A DNA stretch of 64,000 nucleotides from a virus. Below, piece after piece: positions 57,606 through 63,999 of this stretch. Every line of letters begins with the position of its first letter. Position 1 is the stretch's first letter. The translations under genes and the position numbers were made by a program. A model generated the notes under the pieces. It was not told where the DNA came from, made no database searches, and worked only from the letters and a program-made list of their open reading frames with translations. The stretch lies in IMG/VR virus record IMGVR_UViG_3300031957_002411, positions 71,791-135,790 of that record; one strand, given 5' to 3'.

Positions 57606-58239
57606 TTATACCCTCCTCCTTGCATATGTTGTAGTAGTCATCAGTAAAAGCCCCTTTCCTACAAGCTTCAAGATACCAAGGTGGTTCTTGTGCTGCGTAA
57701 AATATTCTATGTTGTACAGATTGATTTAATCTTTCTGATCCATTAACTTCAAACTCCCACGGTGTTTCATTTTCTTTAAAACATTTATACATAAAGTTCA
57801 CATTCCACAAAGACGCTTGCATAGATAGTGTGTATAGACTATACTGTTGTAATCGGAATATATTATTGACAACGTGTGCAGGACTATACAGTTGACTATC
57901 TTCATGTATGCCAAATCTATCTGCTTGCCATTCCTCAAATAAATTATAGTATTTTTGAAATGTGTTGTAATCAATTTTATTTCTAAAAAAGTAATCATCT
58001 TGCAACCATAGTATATTGTCTGCATTTATTAAGTCTAATGCCCTTTTCACTCCATAGGTAAAATCTGGATTACCTACCTTAATAGTTTCTATGCCATTAA
58101 GCATTGGGTCAGCTTCTTGTGTAATTATATATTTCTTTACGTCAATTTCTCTGTCCCAGTATTTATGAAACAAGTAACTAAACCTATTCCATAGATAATG
58201 ATATTTATCACAAGATCCAATTAATATTGCAAAGTCCAT
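57589..58239 (-). CDS. Putative glycosyltransferase (GT-A-like, 216 aa)
   Basis: 'SCDKY..LW', 'WLQDDYF', 'QASLWN', 'TPWEFE' motifs; within the glycan block. Confidence 0.55.
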   Translation of the reverse strand: MDFAILIGSCDKYHYLWNRFSYLFHKYWDREIDVKKYIITQEADPMLNGIETIKVGNPDFTYGVKRALDLINADNILWLQDDYFFRNKIDYNTFQKYYNLFEEWQADRFGIHEDSQLYSPAHVVNNIFRLQQYSLYTLSMQASLWNVNFMYKCFKENETPWEFEVNGSERLNQSVQHRIFYAAQEPPWYLEACRKGAFTDDYYNICKEEGINAAIA

Positions 58240-59024
58240 TAGTCCACCACAGTGTCTGGGGTTAAGAAAGGTTGGTCAACAGTCCCGTCTTCATATTGAT
58301 GTAGGGTAGATAGCCTCTCGCCTTCTTTAATCATTGCCAATCTCATTTTTTCCATCTCTATTCCATATTGTTTCATGAGGTCTGGATCTTGCATCATAGA
58401 AGCAACCCAGCTGGTAAAACTTTGTTTACTATCCTCAAGCCTCTTAATTCGCTGCTCACGGGTTCCTTTCATTTCCTTGAGCATAGAACTCTTCTTGGCC
58501 TGTAACTCCCTGTAATCACGATTTAGGCTCTCCTGCGCTGCCCTGAGTGAAGCGACCTGTCTTTCTAAGTTAATAATGTTATCATGGTCTTGTTGATCTT
58601 TGTCAAGACTTCTTTCTTCTCGTATCAAAGCATCATAACTATTAATCTGTTCAATGTTTTCTTTGTTGCCTTTTAAACATCTATTCATAAGTATTTCTAA
58701 TTTAATAACATCTACTACTTGTATTTCTTCTGTGGGAAATACATCATCCTTAAACTGGGAAATAATCTTAGACCAATGATATTTAAATAGTTGTAATTCA
58801 TCAAAAGTAAATTGGGCTTCTAGCTCTATCCAATAAGGGCGATCTTCAAGGGAGTACGCTGCTACCTCAACTTTAGATAAGCCAACCTTTAGTTCGTTCT
58901 TAACAAAGTCATTTATAGCATCAAAACTTCTGTCAAGCTTTTTAGCTATATCTTCAACGGTCATACTTTGTATGAGATTTGTAATAGTGCGTTTTTCTTG
59001 CTTAGAGAGTCTACCCGTTTTCAT
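58239..59024 (-). CDS. HTH plus coiled-coil protein (261 aa), candidate terminase small subunit
   Basis: N-terminal 'MTVEDIAKKLDRSFDAI' HTH; long coiled coil; near start of late operon; TerS role is inference. Confidence 0.4.
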   Translation of the reverse strand: MKTGRLSKQEKRTITNLIQSMTVEDIAKKLDRSFDAINDFVKNELKVGLSKVEVAAYSLEDRPYWIELEAQFTFDELQLFKYHWSKIISQFKDDVFPTEEIQVVDVIKLEILMNRCLKGNKENIEQINSYDALIREERSLDKDQQDHDNIINLERQVASLRAAQESLNRDYRELQAKKSSMLKEMKGTREQRIKRLEDSKQSFTSWVASMMQDPDLMKQYGIEMEKMRLAMIKEGERLSTLHQYEDGTVDQPFLTPDTVVD

Positions 59025-59502
59025 CTATGATTCCTTTTATAACTTCAATAATATGTTCACGGCGTTTTTTAGATATATATACGTCACTTAATATTTTTAA
59101 GTAATCAGCCCTATATTCAGAAGGTAAGTGTTCATCTATTAATGATTGTAAAGTATTAAAATCAATTTTACGATCTAAGTTATCATCACATTCTTCAGCT
59201 ATGGAAGATTCAAAGGTAAGTTGTTTGGGGCATAATACATTACGTTTATTTTCATCTTGTCCAACAAAGAAATTATCTCTAACAAAATTTTTAAGTCTAT
59301 TAGATAGATTGACAGATAGGAAGTTCTCTAAGGGGCGTTTTTGGTCATAACGATCAAGTGCGTCCATACATATAATAAAAGCCTCCTGTTTTATGTCATC
59401 CACATCATATCCGTGGAAAGCATATTTAGGGGCTATCCTTCCGACAACAAGTTCTATTTTTTCTATGACCTCTTCTCTGGTCATATTCTTAGGTATATTC
59501 AT
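59011..59502 (-). CDS. Phage sigma-like factor (sigma70 region 2, no evident region 4)
   Basis: 'IAPKY...DVDDIKQEAFIICMDALDRYD..RPLENFL...LSNRLKNFVRD'; only ~163 aa. Confidence 0.75.
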   Translation of the reverse strand: MNIPKNMTREEVIEKIELVVGRIAPKYAFHGYDVDDIKQEAFIICMDALDRYDQKRPLENFLSVNLSNRLKNFVRDNFFVGQDENKRNVLCPKQLTFESSIAEECDDNLDRKIDFNTLQSLIDEHLPSEYRADYLKILSDVYISKKRREHIIEVIKGIIDENG

Positions 59503-60031
59503 TAAGCCTTTCCGCAAGTTGCTCGAAAGTTAAAGAACGTATTTCACCATTTACACAGGCTAATATAGAATCATTCTCAAGCTGAACTACTTGGGGAAAA
59601 CCGTTAGAATTAGAATACACAATAGAATGAGGTTCTACAACTAAGTATTCAAATATATTTTGTGGGACATAGTTATTTGCAATGTATGTATTATCTACTT
59701 CAAAAAATTCAAGTGGGCCATCGTGGAAAATAGGTTTATAATTTTCTTCCCAATAAAAAGGTTCATCTCTAACTAAAATGAAACCATCTTTATCTTTAAC
59801 TAAATGACCAATACCTCTTTCTGCTCTCTCTAATCCGTCTCTTTTGCATATAGAAGATAGTTGGTAAAAGAATTTATCTTTAAGAGTTACCACATCAATA
59901 AAATCTAGGTATTGATCTTTATCACTTACCTTGATCGCATCACCGCCTAATAGTCGCACATTAGAAGTTTGAGGTATAGTCTGAAAGGTCTCAGTTGCGA
60001 CTTGGCTTGGTATCTTCAGTTTCCTGTTCAT
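59489..60031 (-). CDS. Hypothetical protein (180 aa)
   Basis: Intact ORF overlapping both neighbours. Confidence 0.65.
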   Translation of the reverse strand: MNRKLKIPSQVATETFQTIPQTSNVRLLGGDAIKVSDKDQYLDFIDVVTLKDKFFYQLSSICKRDGLERAERGIGHLVKDKDGFILVRDEPFYWEENYKPIFHDGPLEFFEVDNTYIANNYVPQNIFEYLVVEPHSIVYSNSNGFPQVVQLENDSILACVNGEIRSLTFEQLAERLNEYT

Positions 60032-60146
60032 CTAATAGTTCCTGTAGTGGGCGATCCTTTTGGGCCAAATCTTTCATGAGCTGTTCACGCAATCCGGCTG
60101 TAGCTCTACAATCTAATTGGCAATCTAATTGTTCTTTATCATTCAT
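59991..60146 (-). CDS. Hypothetical protein (51 aa), first gene of late cluster
   Basis: AGGAG RBS before ATG at 60146 (MNDKEQ...); the track start at 60173 lies on the promoter motif. Confidence 0.6.
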   Translation of the reverse strand: MNDKEQLDCQLDCRATAGLREQLMKDLAQKDRPLQELLDEQETEDTKPSRN

Positions 60147-60166
60147 ATTGTTTCTCCTATCATCAT

Positions 60167-60173
60167 TATACAC
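60167..60173 (-). promoter_or_regulatory. Putative late promoter motif GTGTATA(AT) heading the late cluster
   Basis: AAAGCGTGTATAATG, 21 nt upstream of the ATG. Confidence 0.7.
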
Positions 60174-60269
60174 GCTTTATAACAAAAATACCAACCTGAT
60201 GCAGCAACAAGGGGCGATGTTGGAGGATTGGGTAATACATATTATTTGGATATTTAAATCGTGAATGAA

Positions 60270-60590
60270 CCACCGCCCCCTTTTTGGGGGGGGAGCGGCA
60301 AAGCAGCTGCGAAGATAAAACCCCCCTATAGAGGTATAGAAGCATGTATTGTCTTATAATGAGACAGAATAGCGCTATAGCTGCAAAATATACTGTACAG
60401 ACTTACACTGTGTAGCAAAATGCAATGCAAAATGCTACACTATGTAGCAAAATGCAAACCGTGTTTTATAATGAGAATACAAAAAAGCCTATAAAACAAG
60501 TATAAAAAGTTTTTTAGAGTTTGGCACGCCGATTGCATATATATATAGCTATAAGAAAGAAAGTTTTTAACCCTTAAAGAAAGTTTTTAT
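60270..60590. repeat. Repeat-rich non-coding strand-switch region (candidate genome end, pac site or origin)
   Basis: 22-bp TACACT(G/A)TGTAGCAAAATGCAA x2 (60404, 60436); GCAAAAT x4; TTATAATGAGA x2; AAAGAAAGTTTTTA x2; C5-T5-G8 hairpin. Confidence 0.6.
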
Positions 60591-60591
60591 C

Positions 60592-60771
60592 ATGTCAAAC
60601 AATTTTGAAATCTATTACGTTACCGATTGCTGTGGATCATACGTTCACTCGGATGCTCAGATCTGCCCTGATTGCCTTGAGCATTGCGAAGTTATTGAGG
60701 AGCGTGTCGATTTTGACGATTCAGAATCGGTACACTTTCAGGCATCGCTTGATTTTTACGGGGCAGGCTAA
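60592..60771 (+). CDS. Small zinc-ribbon-like protein (59 aa, not in track)
   Basis: MSNNFEIYYVTDCCGSYVHSDAQICPDCLEHCEV...; CC..CxxCxEHC motif. Confidence 0.7.
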   Translation: MSNNFEIYYVTDCCGSYVHSDAQICPDCLEHCEVIEERVDFDDSESVHFQASLDFYGAG

Positions 60772-60837
60772 TGCTGCTCTTTCAATCTGTCGATATATAT
60801 ATTAGACTCAGGTATTCACTCACTAGGAAACAATACA

Positions 60838-61281
60838 ATGCGACGCAAAAAAGCACTTTCCTCAAAATTCCGTCAAATGGTAATTACCCGCGACAATGGC
60901 AGATGCCGTGCTTGTGGTATCGGTGACGTTGATAGTCTCGAATGCGATCATATCGTGCCAGAGTCGCAAGGCGGGCAAGATACACTAGGAAACATGCAAA
61001 TCCTGTGCCATACGTGCAACAATCGCAAGGGTAAAACGAACATCGGAGAATTGCCAGTACGCCCCCCTGTGGAGGGGTTCGGTGATTACAGTGAGGTTAT
61101 GCAAGCTAGGCAAGATTTCCTGATTATGGTAAATGACGCAAGGCAGGCAGAGATCGACGATCTGGCAAAACAGGTAAAACAGTGGAGACAGGCAGGCACG
61201 AAGGGTTGGGTAATTCGCAACCGACTAGGCAAGATAACCACAGCAGGCAAAGCAGAGAAGATACTGAAGATGAGCAACTAG
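60838..61281 (+). CDS. HNH endonuclease (147 aa)
   Basis: 'RDNGRCRACG...ECDHIVPESQGG...NMQILCHTCNNRKG'. Confidence 0.9.
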   Translation: MRRKKALSSKFRQMVITRDNGRCRACGIGDVDSLECDHIVPESQGGQDTLGNMQILCHTCNNRKGKTNIGELPVRPPVEGFGDYSEVMQARQDFLIMVNDARQAEIDDLAKQVKQWRQAGTKGWVIRNRLGKITTAGKAEKILKMSN

Positions 61282-61295
61282 GGCAAGCGGGGTGT

Positions 61296-61365
61296 CCTAC
61301 GCGATCCCCTCCCATACAGGTAGTATAGGGGGTCTGCGTAGGATGGGGTGTGTATCACCCCATCC
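61296..61365 (+). other. Two adjacent, slightly overlapping GC-rich hairpins
   Basis: CCTACGC..GATCCCCT...AGGGGGTC.GCGTAGG, then perfect GGATGGGGTG-TGTAT-CACCCCATCC. Confidence 0.6.
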
Positions 61366-61368
61366 GGC

Positions 61369-61420
61369 AGGATCATAGGTAAATAGTCAGTCAGCAGCGG
61401 TCAGCGGTCAGCGGTCAGCG
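61369..61420 (+). repeat. Intergenic module copy 1: AGGATCATAGGTAAATAGTCAGTCAGC plus (GGTCAGC)x3
   Basis: 26/27 identity with 63739-63765. Confidence 0.8.
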
Positions 61421-61431
61421 AAAAAATATAC

Positions 61432-61460
61432 TTGACAGATTAAAGTTTAGATTGTAGAAT
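61432..61460 (+). promoter_or_regulatory. Sigma70-type promoter
   Basis: TTGACA-17 nt-TAGAAT, followed by GTCGATATA and AAGGAGG RBS. Confidence 0.75.
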
Positions 61461-61488
61461 GTCGATATACTTAATAAGGAGGAAAGTT

Positions 61489-61581
61489 ATGAGAGAATCA
61501 GACCAAGAATTGCTATTGATTGTTGTTGTGTTGTGTGTTATAGTTGTATCAGTGTTCAGCAGTTACACCCCGTGCATTTAA
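61489..61581 (+). CDS. 30-aa single-TM peptide (not in track)
   Basis: AAGGAGG RBS; MRESDQELLLIVVVLCVIVVSVFSSYTPCI. Confidence 0.65.
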   Translation: MRESDQELLLIVVVLCVIVVSVFSSYTPCI

Positions 61582-61591
61582 GGAGAATAGA

Positions 61592-61726
61592 ATGTACAAT
61601 TTTGAATACTTTGCAGAGTTGGAATCATACGAAGCACGATCAGAATATGAGGAGTGGTTGGACGAGCAAGAAGATGAAATGGTAAGATTGCACGAACAGG
61701 AAATGTCGCCGGAGGTAGTAGAATGA
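61592..61726 (+). CDS. Very acidic small protein (44 aa)
   Basis: AAGGAG RBS before ATG at 61592; MYNFEYFAELESYEARSEYEEWLDEQEDE... Confidence 0.7.
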   Translation: MYNFEYFAELESYEARSEYEEWLDEQEDEMVRLHEQEMSPEVVE

Positions 61727-61881
61727 ACGAATACAACGAACGATCTTTATATGATGTGCTTGACAAGTTCACCACAGATAAGTTACAATGCTATTTGTTG
61801 GCCTGTCAAGAATACAAGTATGATGACGAGGTACGTGTAGCCGCCAACATTTTACGAGTACGATTTATCAACGGAGAATAA
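61723..61881 (+). CDS. Hypothetical protein (52 aa, not in track)
   Basis: GGAGG RBS; ATGA overlap; MNEYNERSLYDVLDKF... Confidence 0.65.
   Translation: MNEYNERSLYDVLDKFTTDKLQCYLLACQEYKYDDEVRVAANILRVRFINGE
61760..61789 (+). promoter_or_regulatory. Possible internal sigma70 promoter
   Basis: TTGACA-18 nt-TACAAT inside the small ORF. Confidence 0.35.
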
Positions 61882-61883
61882 TC

Positions 61884-62090
61884 ATGAGCATTTTTGACAG
61901 TCCAGAATTTGACAGCATCCTAGCAGGTATCGTTTATGACAGTCGGGTACAGTCGCCTGATTGTGACGTTATCGAATCTATCGAAGTAGACGAGTGGGAA
62001 GATGACGGACAGCCAACCCACTACGAAGAATGTCAAGACTTATACGGCGGCGATGATTACGATGATCAATGGATTATAGAGGAGTTCTAA
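61884..62090 (+). CDS. Very acidic small protein (68 aa)
   Basis: GGAG RBS; 'DEWEDDGQPTHYEECQDLYGGDDYDD'. Confidence 0.75.
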   Translation: MSIFDSPEFDSILAGIVYDSRVQSPDCDVIESIEVDEWEDDGQPTHYEECQDLYGGDDYDDQWIIEEF

Positions 62091-62091
62091 T

Positions 62092-62280
62092 ATGGGATTA
62101 ATTGAATTAGATTTTCAGTCTATCGTTATAGGATATATGATAGGCGTGGCGTTGATGTGGTCAATTTGTGAAACGTTCTATGGAGAGAACAATGAACAGA
62201 GAACAGAAACGGATTCTAAAAATACTCGGCCTCGCTATGATCGCAGGTATCATATGCTGTACGGTGATCCACCTGAATGA
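62092..62280 (+). CDS. Small protein with N-terminal TM segment (62 aa)
   Basis: GAGGAG RBS; hydrophobic 'IVIGYMIGVALMWSI'. Confidence 0.6.
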   Translation: MGLIELDFQSIVIGYMIGVALMWSICETFYGENNEQRTETDSKNTRPRYDRRYHMLYGDPPE

Positions 62281-62329
62281 ATGTCCACCAAAAACTCCTT
62301 GCTTTGATTTACCCCAATCCCCCTCATAG
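62192..62329 (+). CDS. 45-aa TM/signal-like peptide overlapping the previous ORF (not in track)
   Basis: GGAGAG RBS; MNREQKRILKILGLAMIAGIICCTVIHL... Confidence 0.5.
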   Translation: MNREQKRILKILGLAMIAGIICCTVIHLNECPPKTPCFDLPQSPS

Positions 62330-62354
62330 GGGGTGCGGGGCGCGCAAATCGCGT

Positions 62355-62381
62355 GTAAGTCCTTTGTCAGTATAGACTTAC
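62355..62381. promoter_or_regulatory. Operator-like inverted repeat TAAGTC-N13-GACTTA, copy 1
   Basis: GTAAGTC-ctttgtcagtata-GACTTAC, preceded by GCGGGGCGCGC. Confidence 0.6.
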
Positions 62382-62450
62382 GTTTTTTTCTATAATTATA
62401 TAAAGTATATCATATGGAATGTCGATATATACTATATAAGGAGAAAAACT

Positions 62451-62627
62451 ATGTTTACAACAATTATGATATTGAGTATGTTCTGTGGTTATGAAGGTTA
62501 CGATAATGGCAAGTTATACGTTGGTATTTATACCCCTAAATGTGAGTATGGATACGTGATAAAAAATAATGAGATTTATCTTGACAGCGTATATGAGAAA
62601 GACTACAATATAAAACATAAGGAGTAA
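62451..62627 (+). CDS. Hypothetical protein (58 aa, not in track)
   Basis: AAGGAG RBS; MFTTIMILSMFCGYEGYDNG... Confidence 0.65.
   Translation: MFTTIMILSMFCGYEGYDNGKLYVGIYTPKCEYGYVIKNNEIYLDSVYEKDYNIKHKE
62581..62609 (+). promoter_or_regulatory. Sigma70-type promoter
   Basis: TTGACA-17 nt-TACAAT upstream of AAGGAG and ORF 62632. Confidence 0.55.
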
Positions 62628-62631
62628 GCAA

Positions 62632-62814
62632 ATGAAAAACCGAGATTATTACAACTGTGTCTTTCCTGAAAAACGTCCACGAAGTGTCTGGGTTGTTTAT
62701 GACACCCACGGCAGTAAGATCGGAGAAGTTGCCGCCATGTCAGAAACTGAGGCGAGACAAAAGGTAGCACAACATGTTATAGTACCGTTCAGACTTTCAC
62801 ACATTGAGGAGTAA
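62632..62814 (+). CDS. Hypothetical protein (60 aa)
   Basis: AAGGAG RBS; 'IGEVAAMSETEARQK' motif common in small phage proteins. Confidence 0.7.
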   Translation: MKNRDYYNCVFPEKRPRSVWVVYDTHGSKIGEVAAMSETEARQKVAQHVIVPFRLSHIEE

Positions 62815-62816
62815 TC

Positions 62817-63170
62817 ATGCAAGTTAAAACTAAAGTAAATCCACTGAAACTAAATGAAACACGATTTGAACACGAAGCACACAAGCAAGGTCGATATATC
62901 AAGCGGTACTATTTCAGCAACGGGCTTGGTGCTAGTGTCGCATGTCACAGTGGTACTTATGGCGGTCACGCTGGATATTTTGAGGTTGCTATTCTTCAGT
63001 ATCCTATCGGCACAGACGGAGAGATCACGGCTGAACTGATTTACGACACGGAAATCAATAAGCATCTTGGCTGTGTGGATGTGATTGGGTGGCTTGACTT
63101 CGGCGGTGTAGACGCTATACTAAAACAGATCAGGAACTACAACACAGGAGAATATTGCTATGACAAATAA
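62817..63170 (+). CDS. Hypothetical phage protein (117 aa)
   Basis: GAGGAG RBS; 'FSNGLGASV....TYGG..GYFEVAIL...DVIGWL' motif. Confidence 0.75.
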   Translation: MQVKTKVNPLKLNETRFEHEAHKQGRYIKRYYFSNGLGASVACHSGTYGGHAGYFEVAILQYPIGTDGEITAELIYDTEINKHLGCVDVIGWLDFGGVDAILKQIRNYNTGEYCYDK

Positions 63171-63480
63171 AGAATACAACGGATGGTATAACTATGAAAC
63201 TTGGATGGTAAATCTGTGGATGGACAACGATCAAGGATCGCATGAGATGTGGCGAGAACATGCCAGAGATTCCATTGATGCAGACGAAGGAACCAACTGG
63301 TTTTATTTTGAAGATAGACTGAAAGAATATCTTGAAATGATCCATGATGATGTGGATAATGGCATACCGTGTGGGTTGGTTCACGATTTGTTAGGTGCTG
63401 CGATCTCTGAAGTAAACACGCGAGAGATTGCCATGTCATGGATTGAAAACGAACTCGAAAATGCGGAGATTACAGAATGA
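63160..63480 (+). CDS. Acidic hypothetical phage protein (106 aa)
   Basis: AGGAG RBS; 'YNGWYNYETWMVNLWMDND' motif, 'EVNTREIA'. Confidence 0.75.
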   Translation: MTNKEYNGWYNYETWMVNLWMDNDQGSHEMWREHARDSIDADEGTNWFYFEDRLKEYLEMIHDDVDNGIPCGLVHDLLGAAISEVNTREIAMSWIENELENAEITE

Positions 63481-63740
63481 ACGGATACGAATTACTAGCA
63501 CAATTTGAAAAAGAGATCAAAGAATGTTTCACTGTACCTAATCACTGGCTACCGTTAGAATTTCAAGATCAGAGAACCGATTGTGTTTCGCTCGCAGACG
63601 TAGAGCGAAAGTGTGACGAGAGAGACCGCTGCACGTTGTCAAGTTTTGAAGAGGAATCTATTGAACGTGCAAAGCGTGTGCAGATCTACAGAGAACAGAT
63701 CGAGCGGGGAAGGGAGATAGAGTATCTCCCAATCCGCTAG
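63477..63740 (+). CDS. Hypothetical protein (87 aa)
   Basis: GGAG RBS; ATGA overlap. Confidence 0.7.
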   Translation: MNGYELLAQFEKEIKECFTVPNHWLPLEFQDQRTDCVSLADVERKCDERDRCTLSSFEEESIERAKRVQIYREQIERGREIEYLPIR

Positions 63741-63809
63741 GATCATAAGTAAATAGTCAGTCAGCGGGGCGCGCCGGTCAGCGCTAAGTCTATATCTGAT
63801 AAGGACTTA
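63739..63809 (+). repeat. Intergenic module copy 2 plus operator-like TAAGTC-N13-GACTTA copy 2
   Basis: AGGATCATAAGTAAATAGTCAGTCAGC-GGGGCGCGC-CGGTCAGCG-C-TAAGTC-tatatctgataag-GACTTA. Confidence 0.75.
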
Positions 63810-63827
63810 AAAAATATTAAATAATTG

Positions 63828-63855
63828 TTGACATATGGACGATATACTGTATAGT
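63828..63855 (+). promoter_or_regulatory. Sigma70-type promoter with GACGATATA in the spacer
   Basis: TTGACA-16 nt-TATAGT; AAGGAG RBS downstream. Confidence 0.6.
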
Positions 63856-63873
63856 AGAGAAAAGGAGACAATC

Positions 63874-63999
63874 ATGTTTACAGAACAAGAGAAATTAGAA
63901 ATCACTATTGACGGCCTTCGTAATGGTGATATATTTATGAATGAAGATGGTATTCCAGTTGATGAGTGTGGCGACCCTATATTTGAGGATGACCAATGA
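63874..63999 (+). CDS. Acidic small protein (41 aa, not in track)
   Basis: AAGGAG RBS; MFTEQEKLEITIDGLRNGD...FEDDQ. Confidence 0.65.
   Translation: MFTEQEKLEITIDGLRNGDIFMNEDGIPVDECGDPIFEDDQ

Noticed and set aside
59489-60031. Possible distant paralogy of the 180-aa protein to the N-terminus of the 678-aa fibre
   Set aside because: Resemblance ('D.FFY...E.G.G') is too weak to support without profile comparison
1020-60264. Numerous 60-175-aa plus-strand and alternate-frame ORFs in the track
   Set aside because: Nested within long, motif-bearing minus-strand genes; no RBS or recognisable motifs
60605-60805. Track ORF MKSITLPIAVDH...
   Set aside because: The overlapping frame 60592-60771 starts with ATG and encodes a clear Cys motif, so it is the better call
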